Source of the DNA: Naegleria gruberi
Lineage: Eukaryota
NCBI GenBank assembly: GCA_000004985.1
Contig: GG738857.1
Strand: one strand, 5' to 3'
DNA: 64,000 bases
The stretch's first letter is position 1; every line of letters starts with the position of its first letter. This document shows, piece after piece, positions 11,576 to 23,769 of this stretch. The notes under the pieces were generated by a model. It searched no databases, was not told where the DNA came from, and saw nothing but the letters and a program-made list of their open reading frames with translations. Made by a program: the position numbers and the translations under genes.

Positions 11576-13003
11576 TCAATTATTAGTTTGTGGCACATCC
11601 TCCGCAAAAAGAATCTCTAAATCTTTAGATATTCCATTAACGAGTTGGAACGCCTTTCTACTAGCTCCACTTTCCGTACCTGGATTGTAGTAATAATCTC
11701 GAATGTAAAAGAGTTTCTTACTACAGCCCGTTAGGTATTGAAACAAAAAATCCACAAGCACTTCAGCATCATTGGTTCCATGACCTAATATTTTCTCAAT
11801 CTGTTCGAGATAGTTTGTATCAAATGTGAGATAGAGTGTTTTTGAATTTTTTGGATTGTCGAAATATAAGGATAAATCTCCATCAACGAATGGATTATCT
11901 CCATTAAAGTATTCCCATTTGTATTTCAAATAAAAAAATTCAAACTGTTCTTCAAGATTTCCCCTTATTTTGAGTGTAAATTCGACCATTTCGTAATACT
12001 CTACTCCCCTAAAAACTCGAATGACATCCACTTTAGAACATGGAGTAATGTCGTTGGAAATAGGTAAGGGTTTTCTCTTCTTTTGGTTGATCTCTGCTAT
12101 TCTCATACAGGACAAGTTTTTGGCACTTGATTGAATGAATTCCAATATTGAAATGATTGATGCAACGTTAGTTATCTTTTCAATCATTTGCGATCCAAAG
12201 TTGATTCCTTTCATACTATTCGCATTTGTGCACCATCCAAACCTGTTGAGCTCTATACTGCCAGTTCCTCCATTTAAATATTTCATAATGATAAATGCAA
12301 TGTTCTGATGATGCTCTCTTGGAAGAAGAGTGGTAATAAATTCTTTCACATTCTTATTGGATCCAAAAAGAGTTTCACTAAATACCTGATCTATTTCGTG
12401 TTTTTGGACATACACTATATTTCTAGATTGGCCAACTGTTTCAAAATGAATAAGAACTGTGCCATTACAAGAAACCACAATCTTTTTAAGATTTGTAGAT
12501 TGAAAATGTGTCAAGTCGATATTAATCAATACACATTCATCTGAATCTCTTTTGGGAAACTTTAAAACATATGCAAAAAAAGAAGAATTTCCAGTGTTGG
12601 CTTCATCTTTACAAAATATGGACCGCAAAAGATTCCTCTCCATTAATTCATTGCTGTTCCAGAAATCAATTTCAGCATTCAATCTATAAATAATACCATA
12701 CAGGAAATTCCTCTTATCCACTTCAGAATCAAACTCATCACATGCATTTTTCATTAAAACAACATTTTTCCTAGAATGATGATGATATTCAAAATTACAA
12801 CTGCTATCCATAATATCTTGTATTGATTTACATGTGGCATACAATGAGCATTGATCAGCCAAAGTGGAAAAGCTACAAATTTCATCTAAAATTCCTAATT
12901 CTATCGGAAAGCAATTTATCACCGCTGTTGTGCTGTATGATGATTCATTTGAAACCTTCCGAATTTTCTGTCCTTCATATTTGCCAGCTTTGTCTTCTTT
13001 CAT
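11576..13003 (-). CDS. F-box-like domain protein (475 aa), function unknown
   Basis: Uninterrupted 475-codon ORF with AT-biased third positions. The N-terminal region carries an F-box-like motif, 'FPIELGILDEICSFSTLADQCSLYATCKSIQDIM'. I recognise nothing else in it. Confidence 0.6.
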   Translation of the reverse strand: MKEDKAGKYEGQKIRKVSNESSYSTTAVINCFPIELGILDEICSFSTLADQCSLYATCKSIQDIMDSSCNFEYHHHSRKNVVLMKNACDEFDSEVDKRNFLYGIIYRLNAEIDFWNSNELMERNLLRSIFCKDEANTGNSSFFAYVLKFPKRDSDECVLINIDLTHFQSTNLKKIVVSCNGTVLIHFETVGQSRNIVYVQKHEIDQVFSETLFGSNKNVKEFITTLLPREHHQNIAFIIMKYLNGGTGSIELNRFGWCTNANSMKGINFGSQMIEKITNVASIISILEFIQSSAKNLSCMRIAEINQKKRKPLPISNDITPCSKVDVIRVFRGVEYYEMVEFTLKIRGNLEEQFEFFYLKYKWEYFNGDNPFVDGDLSLYFDNPKNSKTLYLTFDTNYLEQIEKILGHGTNDAEVLVDFLFQYLTGCSKKLFYIRDYYYNPGTESGASRKAFQLVNGISKDLEILFAEDVPQTNN

Positions 13004-13309
13004 TTTTTTATTAATTTAAAAATATGAATTGGAATTGCATATGGTATGGTATGAGTTATTTACATGGTGGAAAGGATAATGATTAACAGTTGATTTCGAA
13101 TATTTTGAACTTATCAATGCAGAGATTTAAAACCAGGAAATATTCTACTATCCAATGAATTTAACACCAAAATTGCTGACTTTGGTTGATCAACTCTTGA
13201 ATCAAAGCTCTCTATTGTTTATTCCAAAATTGATTTCTGAAGAATTACATGTATCAGTAACTGTCCAAATAATATTTCATTTAGAGGACGAAAATTGAAA
13301 TGACGAGAC

Positions 13310-14962
13310 TTAGTGAGTTTTTATTGAAATATCAGAGAATTGTCTTTCCTTTGATAATATCAATAACTTAGCATATTTGGTGGCTTCATCTCTAAATTTA
13401 AAGTAAAATCTAAAGCTTTGTCCATGTGTGTGGATCTTTTCTACTGTTGATAATAAATAATTGAGAATTACATGAGTTTCTGGAAAGCAGAAATGAACTT
13501 GAAATAGTTCTGGATTTTCTGGAAATGGTCTAAATGAGAAAAGCTTGGTATTGGCTAATTTGCACTTTTCTGGGTATGGAATTAGTGAGGTTGGTTTTTG
13601 GTCAATCAATGGTTCAAAAAGAGAAGAGGAACCATTTGCATAATCTTTCAAGTCACTTGAATGAATATTTGATGGTTTGATTTCACTGAGCAGTGCTGGG
13701 TCACTATAACCTCCATTCAAATCACCATCTGGAAATACAGTATCATTTCCAATTCTACCTCTTCTAACCTTTTTCTTAACTGTAATAAAATCATCAGATT
13801 TACTGGTCAGGTTGGCCAAATCATAAACTCTTGGATAAACTCTTTTAACTCTTCTTTCATTCAAATCAACTAGTAACCATATGATTCTCTTAGTGAATAA
13901 AGTTTGGTAAGTGGTGGTTCTTTGTTGAGTATTCGTCGAAATGAATATCAAATATTTGGTGTCTGTTAATGGACATGTAATGACTGAATTATTCTCATCA
14001 TATGGCATGAATTGATCATAATTTTCGAATGGAACTTGGTCAATTTGATGAGGAATTATTGAATCTGAAAATTCCATCTTTGTTGATGGTGTTACTTTGT
14101 AAAATCCATGCTTTTTCCCACCATAATTCATTATAAAGATGTCATTACTATTCTGATTGACCAACAAGCTGGATTGTCCACTTACACAACCCTTAGCTTC
14201 AATGGTGTCAGTAATTGTTTGCACCTCATTCTCATATTGGAAAAAGCAAATGTTAGATTGTAATCCATATGGATTATATCTAAACTGACTATTATACAAA
14301 ATATTTGTTCTACCATTTCTGTTAATTTGTGGTGAGATTGATGTTGATTCAAATGCTGTATTGCCATTATAGGGAATATGAGCACTAATTAAAGTATCTC
14401 CAATTTGTTTAGAATGAATCATAGTATTTTCAATATCTTCCTGACACAATTCAATCTTCAACCTCATTAACCAATAAAAATCAGAATAAACCAATTCTAA
14501 ACAAGTAGAATTAGAACATTCTTGAATTGAAATAACAGGTTCTCCTTCATAATACGAATCATCTCTTCTCACCATCTCTCCATTAACATTTTCCATTATT
14601 TTCAATGGAACACACTTTGATTTATCCAAAATACTTCCCAATTTTCCTAACCGAATCAAACCGAATCTAGAACGACTTCTATAATCCTCAGTCTCTTGCA
14701 AATGAACAAGAATATACCTAGGAAAACTATTCCTCGGACAAACTTCTCTCAAACTTGTATGAAATATAAATTTCCTTTCCTCCTCCGAATAGAGAATCAA
14801 TGCAACAGGAACAGCCCTTCGGATAACATCCAAAAAATAGGAATAATCATAATACATCATTTCTGTATATCTGTGAATATTCGGATTGTTTCTCTCTTGA
14901 TCCTGAATGTAGGACATGTGAGAGTTGTCCTTGATATATTCCTTTGGATTGTGTTTTGGCAT
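13310..14962 (-). CDS. Hypothetical protein (550 aa)
   Basis: Long uninterrupted ORF with compositional bias like neighbouring genes. I recognise no domain. Confidence 0.55.
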   Translation of the reverse strand: MPKHNPKEYIKDNSHMSYIQDQERNNPNIHRYTEMMYYDYSYFLDVIRRAVPVALILYSEEERKFIFHTSLREVCPRNSFPRYILVHLQETEDYRSRSRFGLIRLGKLGSILDKSKCVPLKIMENVNGEMVRRDDSYYEGEPVISIQECSNSTCLELVYSDFYWLMRLKIELCQEDIENTMIHSKQIGDTLISAHIPYNGNTAFESTSISPQINRNGRTNILYNSQFRYNPYGLQSNICFFQYENEVQTITDTIEAKGCVSGQSSLLVNQNSNDIFIMNYGGKKHGFYKVTPSTKMEFSDSIIPHQIDQVPFENYDQFMPYDENNSVITCPLTDTKYLIFISTNTQQRTTTYQTLFTKRIIWLLVDLNERRVKRVYPRVYDLANLTSKSDDFITVKKKVRRGRIGNDTVFPDGDLNGGYSDPALLSEIKPSNIHSSDLKDYANGSSSLFEPLIDQKPTSLIPYPEKCKLANTKLFSFRPFPENPELFQVHFCFPETHVILNYLLSTVEKIHTHGQSFRFYFKFRDEATKYAKLLILSKERQFSDISIKTH

Positions 14963-15119
14963 TTTTTTTTAAATGATTTTTGCATTGTGATTAATAATAA
15001 ACAAGCATTTTAACATGTTGTTCAATGTGAATGTTCAATTTCATGTTCCACCACAGTACCTTAAAGTTGACGACACTGAAGCTCCAACTCAGAAATTTTG
15101 AAAATTCAATTTGTAAAGA

Positions 15120-15870
15120 AAAATTTCAAAAATATTGGAACAACCAGTCCATCACGACTCTGTTGATTCTTGGAGTAGTTTCACATCTATTAACTCCAAG
15201 AATTTCACCACATCATCTCATCATCATTTAAATAATAGTATTAATAGTAATTTTTGGAATTTAGTCCTTCATCATGATTTGGAAATTATTTTATTATTTG
15301 GAAAAATTCAAGTTGATAAACCAGCATCGGAACAACTACCAACCATCATCATTGTTATTTTCCATCATTATAATAGTAATATTTGTGGACTATAAATCTG
15401 ATAATAGTAATATTTTAGTGAAATTCAATATTTTCACTAAAATCATCATCACTGCCAGATTTATATGATAATTTGGAAAACTTTCAATCTAGTATTGTTC
15501 AGCATGGTCGATTTCATCAGGTAAAATCACTTCCTACCATTTTCCTATTGATTATCATCATGATAATTTTTGAACCATATCTCAACATGTACTTCACCAA
15601 CTTGGAAAATGTCTTTCATCAACTATTCAAATACATAATAACAATATATTTATTATCAGATTTTCATCATTTTGTTGTTTTACCAACTTCCGAAAATTCA
15701 TGGTCGCCAATCATGATTCATGCCAAAAGTACACAACCAATCATCTTGAAACATTAATAAACTGTTATTAGTATTAATGTAGATGCAACACCAATTATTT
15801 CGTTTTAATTGGTTGAAATCATAAAGATATTAATTTTTCTGTTTTTAATTTAAATTTCACATCACCTACA
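15120..15870. repeat. ~750-bp dispersed non-coding repeat, copy 1 (second copy at 23770-24510)
   Basis: The two copies are about 90% identical over ~700-750 bp. Landmarks: 'ttaactccaagaatttcaccacatcatctcatcatcatttaaataatagtattaa' and 'cagcatggtcgatttcatcaggtaaaatcacttcc'. Only short ORFs without coding periodicity are present. Confidence 0.8.
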
Positions 15871-15955
15871 CCAAGTATTAAAACCAGTCGAGTTGAAGGT
15901 ATGTAAACAATCTATGGTTGTTTATTAATATAATTTATTAATTTTCCATTTATAT

Positions 15956-16438
15956 CTACGAACTTCCGTAGCAAATATAGTAAATGTATCCATTACTCAT
16001 GCAAACAAAGCACTGATCGTTTCCACTATTTCTGGTCATAATACATTTTCCAAACTTGACAGGTAATCCTTCAAATGTTTTAATCTTGGATTTGGCAGGT
16101 TTTAATTCCTCCAATTCAACATGATGCATCATTTCTAACATTTTCAGCAACTCCAAACTGTCAAATTCCATTCTTTCATCATCTCTCACAGTATTTTCAT
16201 CAAGGAATTTAGCAATGAAATCCTCAGGTGAATGGACACCATATCTTTCACCAATTGGAATCATGTAAATTGTTAATTCCCAATCTCCATAACTTTTCAA
16301 TCTTAGGGCACCATTTGATGTAGTTTCCCTTCCAATACCAAATTTGTGAACACAGAAATTATGGAATGTTAAAGGTTGTTGCTGAGCTGCTGCTTGAGTG
16401 TTATTATTGTTTGTTTGTTGTTGTTTCTTATTGACCAT
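15956..16438 (-). CDS. Small hypothetical protein (160 aa) with N-terminal poly-Q/N tract
   Basis: The ORF begins 'MVNKKQQQTNNNNTQAAAQQQ'. The rest is a compact, non-repetitive domain with C-terminal cysteines. Confidence 0.5.
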   Translation of the reverse strand: MVNKKQQQTNNNNTQAAAQQQPLTFHNFCVHKFGIGRETTSNGALRLKSYGDWELTIYMIPIGERYGVHSPEDFIAKFLDENTVRDDERMEFDSLELLKMLEMMHHVELEELKPAKSKIKTFEGLPVKFGKCIMTRNSGNDQCFVCMSNGYIYYICYGSS

Positions 16439-16664
16439 TTTTATTTGTTTTGTTGAAGAGATTAGTTTGAAATTCGATGAAAATTTAAAGCATTTTGGAA
16501 CTGTTCCATGCAGAATGCAGAGATACTATTTATAAAAAATTAGGAGGTTACTTGAAGAAATAGAAGATTCCAGCATGTTGTTTCGCGAGTTAGTAATCTT
16601 TGTTTGTAACAAAGTTAATTTTGAAATTTCCTTTTTAAATTAATATTAAAATAAATAAAAAAAA

Positions 16665-17474
16665 ATGGATATTCAAGTTGATGAAAATGATTTGAAAGAG
16701 ATGGGACTTTCCATAGAGGAATATTTACAAATGGTTTCCGATATGAATGATCAGCTATTAAAATATCAAAGTAATATTGACATGGAAACAAAAGCAACAG
16801 ATGATGCAATAGTGAGCGATGGTGATGAGAAAGTATCCCAAGAATTGGATAATGATTTAAAGGATCATTCCGAACCAAATAATCTAAAACTAAACCTTTC
16901 AAAAAAAGCCAGAAAGAGAAAGGAGAAGAAACTAAACCTTTCTAATATTACAACTCCTTTGGATTTCACAAACCCGACACAGTTTTGGCCAAATTATGAG
17001 GAAATTATTAGAACGAGAATAACCAAGTATTTCCCAGTAGAAATTCAAATTGTAAAAATTACAAACATAACAAATCAAAAATTATTGAAACGATTCAAGT
17101 CAACCATTGAATCTGAAACACTAAGAGTGAAAAAGGAAAAAAGTGGAATTAACATCATGAAGAGTATTGAACTAGGCCTTCACGGAACAGAATCTTCAAA
17201 TATTCAAAACATTATTGATAATGGATTATTAATTCCAGGTCAAGGAAATGATCTTTCAATAAGGAATGGTCAAGCGAGTGGATTTGGAATTTACATATCT
17301 CTTACAGATCCATCTGAATCGATTCATTATTGTAAAGGAGGTGGGAAAATGTTGGCATGTGCTGTGTTATTATCGAGTCGATATATTGCTTCACATTTCA
17401 ATGATTATGCAGTGATTAGAGATGAATCATTTGTCTTGCCTTGTTTTTTAATTGAGTTTACAGAAAAGTGGTGA
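16665..17474 (+). CDS. PARP-type ADP-ribosyltransferase catalytic-domain protein (269 aa)
   Basis: 'LHGTESSNIQNIIDNGLLIPG...SGFGIYISL' matches the PARP signature (H-G-S/T, then G-x-G-I-Y-F). The N-terminus is acidic and low-complexity. Confidence 0.6.
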   Translation: MDIQVDENDLKEMGLSIEEYLQMVSDMNDQLLKYQSNIDMETKATDDAIVSDGDEKVSQELDNDLKDHSEPNNLKLNLSKKARKRKEKKLNLSNITTPLDFTNPTQFWPNYEEIIRTRITKYFPVEIQIVKITNITNQKLLKRFKSTIESETLRVKKEKSGINIMKSIELGLHGTESSNIQNIIDNGLLIPGQGNDLSIRNGQASGFGIYISLTDPSESIHYCKGGGKMLACAVLLSSRYIASHFNDYAVIRDESFVLPCFLIEFTEKW

Positions 17475-17503
17475 CGCTTCTATAAATTGAGGTGAATATT
17501 TAA

Positions 17504-20500
17504 TTACAATTTAAAGTTTCCTGTGTTTGTAAATAATTTTTGAATCATTAATTTTACAATAGCTGGTGGAAGAGTTGCCAAAAGAGAATAAAACCATGCC
17601 TGATACATTGTCTGATCAATAACAACATATAAAAATCCATTAATATCAAATCTACATCCAAATATATTCCTCATTCTTGTTTTCTCACTCCAAAATTGTA
17701 TATACTGGAAGGATTGCAATAATTTTGGAAGGGCTTGAGTCGTTGCCTTATCCTGTTCATGATTTTGAATTGCTCCTTGAATTTTAACTCTTTCCTCAAA
17801 CACTAAAATGCAATTTCTCCAACAAAAGTAATATAAAGTTGCTGCAGGGTCAACTACAAGGAATAATACAGCAATGTCTAATCCCAAGATGATGTACATT
17901 GGTTGAATGGTTTGGGCAGTGAATTCAATATTTGTAAAGAGGGAAATTAAGGATAAGACTACGGAACCTGCCTTTGTTAAGACGAAAGCAATCTATTGTA
18001 TTTGAATTAATATGAAAATTTGAATATTGAGCTAACTTACAATTAAATTATTCTTCAAATAAACCATTTTGGCATCGACAATCTTTTGAATATATTTCAT
18101 TCTCTTGTGCCAAACGATGGCAAAGTCCTTATCGAGTATGTAGCACTTATTTCTTGATAAATTAATCTTAATTTGAGTATTAGTATCATAAGAGATGGTA
18201 TCTGCATTATCATAGACTTTGAATTTCGTTTCTGTCTCTTCTAATAGTACAATAAATTCCTTTAGAGAGGCTGTAACTGATTGATTAATATCCATCCAAG
18301 TAGCTAATTCCAAAATAATTTTAGTCAATTGAGAAAAATCATAACTTACAAATTAATGGATAAAACATTAAAAATCCAAAAACGAAATTACAAGAAACAA
18401 TTAAGAAAGTATATGGATTGGTAATGGTTGGCATTCCTTTGAGTTGAAACCATGAGAAAATTTGAGGAATCAAGAAGAAGCCACAATAGTACAAGACAAT
18501 GTACATCATAAAATTCAATCCTGGTCTAATAGCTCTAATATATTTCAAGTATCTCTCATTTCTGTAAATGCTACTGAACTTGCTCTTCTTCACAAAGACA
18601 GTTCCGTTTGTAATTGGAGTGAACGAATATTCCTTATCATTGAAATTGTCTAAAAATTCTCTTGAATTCAAATATTCCACATAGGCTTCTCTGTTCTCAA
18701 ATGTTTTAACATTGACACGATCTGTGTTCTTTTCAATTAGAATTTCCTCGTGTGGGAAAATTCGATCATCCTTTGCTGTAACAATGATAAATTCATTCTT
18801 CTTTCTTTCCAATTCTTCGAATTGAGTTGAATTGAATTCTGGATCTTCATTGAGAGATGGAGTATTTTGTAGTGGTTGGTCAATGTCATTGTAAGCTACA
18901 TAATAACTATCAACATTGTGATCACCATTATCGAGGAGTTCAATTTCATTATCATCCTCCTTCTTGTTCTTTTCTCTCAGTTCAGCAAGTTCATATAATT
19001 TACCGAAAACTTTTCCTGCTTGTGAGGTGTCTCCTAATTGAGTGGATCGTTTGTCTCTTCTCTTATTCTTCAATTCTAGTAACTCAGTTTCATGTTTAAA
19101 GAAAGAATAGGTACAATTTGGCATTCCCTTGATTGTGGAATAGGCACTGTCAAAAATCAAATCAAACATCTTTCTAGTCCACTTGAAAATATGTAATCCA
19201 ACAAATTTCAAAAATGCAGACTTGTAAACAAAATAATAAGTGAAAATGAAAATAGCAAACATTGATGGAAGAAAAACAATTTCGACAGGATGAGAGTTTT
19301 GTCTAGTACTTGGTTGAGTTGACTCATAAATTGCAATTAAAACAGTTGGAACACCAGAAACACAAACCACAAACAAGAACAAGTTAAGACTCATCATTAA
19401 ATCAACTGGCCATGTCAGAATTGAACCTAAATACAAGATCCAGGATCTTCCTCTATCTCTAAATCGTTCTCCAAGTGATGGTTTTGAGAATAAATGTGAA
19501 GGATCGAATCTTTCATCTGTTGGATCATCACTTTTTACACTTTCTTCTCCTTGTTGATGATTTTCAATTATTCTATTATCAGAATTTCTACTTTTTTGAA
19601 CCATGTATTTGAAATCAAAATATGAAAGTAATAAAAAGAAACCAAACATGGCAAATGAAAGGGCAATTACCAAAACAGCAGTAATAATCATCAAATCATA
19701 ATTGAAACTTGTACTCGAGTGGTAGACACGAGCAGCTTCCTTAACAATTGAAACAACTGCAAACCAAGTCATGAATCTAATTCCACTAAACTCTGTTTGC
19801 TCATAGAAAATACTGTACAAGTAATGTAGATATTTAGGTACGTTTCCTGACATGTTTCTCTTCAATTTCAACGCCTTTTCCTCAATCTCTCTCTTATTCT
19901 TAATGGAAAAGTAATATTTTGGAATGAGATAGGTCGAGCATGTACAGATTGAAACACCAATGGCATATAGGAATGTCACCACGTTGAGAATGAAATCGTA
20001 CAATGGAACGTCATCTGGAATTTCAGTAACATAAAAGAAGGAGCAACTAATTGATACGATCATTCCAATACAAAGAAAAACCACTCTAAATTTGAGTCTG
20101 AATGATTTTGAAATCTTCTCTGCTGTTGTTGTGGTTGAAGTTGAGTTGAAGGCCTTATTGTGAATGAGCGTCTTTTTGTGTTCTTTCAATTCTCTCAATT
20201 GAATGGCAGTCTTTTTAGAGGCCTTTGATTGACCTCCTTGATCCAATATAGCTCCACATAATGGTAGGGTGACCAGAATAATAAATTGAATAGCTAGACC
20301 GAGAGAAATTGCATCGTTTCTACTCGAGTCAACAATTTGGCTCCAATACGTGCCACCAGTTTCCATTGGAGTCAACTGAACTCCAAATCTGAATAAGCAA
20401 GTCATTAGTAAGACAAATATCATCATGACAATGTAGAGAATATTTCTAGTGACAGCATCTAGGAATTTTCTTGAGAATTTCTCATTAGATTTTGAGTTAA

Positions 20501-21383
20501 CTAAACCTTTCTTTACAATAAAGTCAATATCCTTTTGAATTGCCAAATTTGATCTCAACAAATTATGATTATTCTGCAAATATTGATAAACTTCCAAACT
20601 ACAGTAAGAACCAATTGAAATGACAATCAAGGCACCAATAAGTAATGATATTTGCAATACCTGATCCAAACTAATCCAATCCTGAAGTGAAATAATCTTA
20701 TCGAAAGCAAACTTGAACGGATGTGAAGTCAAAGCAAATCCAATAATGATTCCAGGACTCGATTCAACTGTTTCACACATTTCTGCCAATAATTTATAAG
20801 CACACAACTCGTGAATGGCCAAAGCAACACCATACATGGCTCTAAACACATAAATTGTTTGTGAAACTTCTGAAAATTTTGTAAAATCAGACAAGGAAAA
20901 GTAAAATACCAAAATGCAAACATATTCCATCAAGACAGCCATTCCCAATCCAACCAGAGTTCCAAAATGCAACGTATAATGCACTCCTGTATAAATACTC
21001 TTTCTAATCAATGAATACCAAGCTAGCAAAATTAATCCAAACAGAAATGCAACTCCAAAAGTTACCAAATGTGCAATTCTCATTGAAAAATTGAAAATAT
21101 AATCAAAATGCTCCATTTCCTCTTGTGTTGAATTAATTCTCACAGTTACGTATTGTGAAGGATTAACAGCATCTAAAGCAAATAATGCAAAACTGAGTGA
21201 ACACCACAACATTCCTAAATTGTAAGATTTGTAAAGTGAATATTTGGATTGACCTTTCTTTTTGAAACTGTCCTTGTAGAGTTTGTATGGATCGGAGGGA
21301 ATTTCATCAGAATCTAATTTCAATTTTTTGGAGGGAGCCATCTTTTCGATGGTTTTTAATTCTTCAAATGACATTTTTGACAA
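17504..21383 (-). CDS. Large polytopic membrane protein, 3 exons (~1270 aa), function unknown
   Basis: The exons are 21383..18350, 18303..18041 and 17992..17504. The introns, 18304-18349 (46 bp) and 17993-18040 (48 bp), both start GTAAGT and end AG. They join the 1014-aa ORF in frame with the downstream ORFs 18032..18328 and 17504..17899. The product has more than 20 predicted hydrophobic helices. Confidence 0.7.
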
Positions 21384-21592
21384 GTGAAGTTATTTGTTGA
21401 TGTGTATTTTTGTATTTGATGAAATTTGATGAAGGAATTAAAGTGAGTATTTGATCATCACGTTGTTGATTTTTTTTGTCTTTTGAAAATCAATTATTAT
21501 TCACACAATGACAGTTGACGTGATTTTCGTAACCAACAATTTTCATTGATAAAAGAACTCTTTATTACACATTTACAATCCAATACCATCCT

Positions 21593-23089
21593 TCATAAAA
21601 TCATTTCCTTCTCACTTTCTTCCTTACTTTCCAACAACTTTGCCGATTTCTCCTTAAAATAATCCGAACCTATCTGAATCAACACTCCAACAGTTATGAT
21701 AACAATAGCTCCACCAGTATACCAACTAAACTCATCCATCCCCAAAATAAAGAACAAAATATCAGTTGCCGGTGCCACAAATGAATTAATCAAAATCAAG
21801 GTAATGCTCGAAGTCATTTTCAATAGAATTGCAGTGAAAGCGTAGGTGCCGACGTATCCCATGATGAATACGAAAGTGTCCAAGCTGGCCATGCCACAGC
21901 CATCGAGGGAGGTTGGTTGGGTGGTGTTGGAAGAGGAATAGTTGGAAAATTGGAAGGTTTGATTGAGATTAGTATAGTTTCCGATTGGAGATGTTTGATT
22001 TTGATTGAAGAGACAACCGAAACCACGATCGAACATGTTACCTAAATCGCTCAAGTTGTGAATGCCAACACCTGGAACAACCATATTGAACCAGAATGAA
22101 CTAGCATCGACTACAATCTGATAAATGCTGACCCACAAGAGTAAATGCAAATAATCAAGTTTTTGATGTTGTTTCGAATAGAGTTCTTGGACGACTGACA
22201 TTAAGGAGCCAGGAATAATACCTACTAAAAAGATCAAGGACCAGAAAACTGAACCGTCCATTGATTTTGGATCATTGGCAATTTTGATGAAAACTGGAAT
22301 TAAGGTGACAATGACACCTGCCAAAACAATCAATGCAGCAAGCAATTCCAACGAAAAGAATTTCAAGGTATGTTTCCAATAAGACTTATTCTCAGAAAAT
22401 GGTCTCTTTTTCAACATGATTGGTAAGTGAATCAAAATATAAGCCATGACAAATGTCATTGGCACAGCACTTTGTGACAGGATAGGTTGCAAAGCAGCTG
22501 GCGTGGCATGTGCAGCAAACAAGACGAGTAAACCATTCATGGAATCCAAGGCACCAATAACGAAGAGAGACCGATGGGAAAGTCTTCCTCTCTTGACTGG
22601 TTTCTTCTCAATTTCTTCAACGTCATTCGATTCTTGTTCATTTTCCAAAGCATTAAGTGAAGAGTTTGATTGATCCAATCCAGAGGAAACAGAATCACCC
22701 TTCAACAATGAACTATTCTCTTGATGTTTACCATTACGAAGTGCCTTTCTTCTCATCAAGAACTTTTTGTAAACTTTTCCAATAAAAGCATTTATATGTA
22801 CTTCCAAATATTTCTCATAAACATCTCTCACAACCAAACAAACTCCAAATACAACCACAAAACTAGCAGAACAAGTGACCAAAATGAAATAAGGTCCACT
22901 TGGCATGTCATCAGCCATTTTCTTAAAGAAAACTCCTTGAACACAATTTGACACAAACAATCCAACACAACACAATGTTAAAATGATAAAGTACAAAACC
23001 AAATGATTGGTTTTAAAGGTAGCCCATCCAACATCGCTTCCAATGCTAGTCATTGCACGAGATTCTTGTTTATCTTGCTTTTCAGACAT
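21593..23089 (-). CDS. CRT-like (chloroquine-resistance-transporter-like / drug-metabolite transporter superfamily) transporter, 498 aa
   Basis: About 10 predicted TM helices with the CRT-family pattern: a hydrophilic Ser/Asn/Glu-rich loop after TM2 and 'DSMNGLLVLFAAHATPAALQPILSQSAVPMTFV'. Confidence 0.6.
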   Translation of the reverse strand: MSEKQDKQESRAMTSIGSDVGWATFKTNHLVLYFIILTLCCVGLFVSNCVQGVFFKKMADDMPSGPYFILVTCSASFVVVFGVCLVVRDVYEKYLEVHINAFIGKVYKKFLMRRKALRNGKHQENSSLLKGDSVSSGLDQSNSSLNALENEQESNDVEEIEKKPVKRGRLSHRSLFVIGALDSMNGLLVLFAAHATPAALQPILSQSAVPMTFVMAYILIHLPIMLKKRPFSENKSYWKHTLKFFSLELLAALIVLAGVIVTLIPVFIKIANDPKSMDGSVFWSLIFLVGIIPGSLMSVVQELYSKQHQKLDYLHLLLWVSIYQIVVDASSFWFNMVVPGVGIHNLSDLGNMFDRGFGCLFNQNQTSPIGNYTNLNQTFQFSNYSSSNTTQPTSLDGCGMASLDTFVFIMGYVGTYAFTAILLKMTSSITLILINSFVAPATDILFFILGMDEFSWYTGGAIVIITVGVLIQIGSDYFKEKSAKLLESKEESEKEMIL

Positions 23090-23769
23090 TTTTTAAGTGT
23101 GTGTGGAATGAGTTGTGTTTGATCGTGGCGATATTTATAGTGAATGAAGAGTGTGATAATGCTGTTAAGAAGGACACAAGAATAGAATGAGTAAGGACAA
23201 CTTTGTGGAGTTCTCCTTACTATGTCCATTTTAGAAGTGTTAATTAATTTGGACATTTGACTCCGCATTTTAATGGCACGCTCCCAAATATTCCCCATAA
23301 GAAAAGAATCAAAAGTGAATATGCACTTTGTAATCAATGGATCTGATTAATAATACGCACTCATGAGTGAAAATAATGTGCACTTCAAATGTGCAGTGGA
23401 GTTTCAACTATTTTTCGCTCCGTTGCTTTTCAAACTCCGAACAAAGATTGTTGGCGTTTTTACAAACAAGCGTTTCATAATATGATGTGGCATTATGAGA
23501 ATAATTGTAAATTATTAAGGAAACCCTCTGTGAATTGATTGGCAATTTAGGAGTAAATGAATTAAATCTTGGAGCATTGAAAGAAGGTATTCCAGATTGT
23601 GATTTACAACCTTGAGAATCAATAGACAGCTCAATAAGACAAGCATATTTTTAATAATGATGTTATGCGCCAATATTAATCACACAGTAGCCATTCCAAT
23701 TTTCACCACTTACCTTTTTTGAGGTTATTAAAGGACATGGAAATATTTCTTAAAAATATTAGATCAACA

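Noticed and set aside
12308-13014. Antisense ORFs inside larger genes (12308..12544, 12823..13014, 14182..14385, 14696..15013, 18462..18653, 18857..19099, 22446..22951, 27761..27967, 36006..36984, 38114..39406, 43768..44132, 46243..46434 and similar)
   Set aside because: Each lies fully within, or opposite to, a much longer ORF with recognisable domains. In an AT-rich genome, 60-130-codon open frames arise readily by chance.
15031-15757. Short ORFs of 64-94 aa inside the 750-bp dispersed repeat
   Set aside because: They are low-complexity (His/Ile/Asn runs) and frames are not conserved between the two repeat copies. No coding periodicity.
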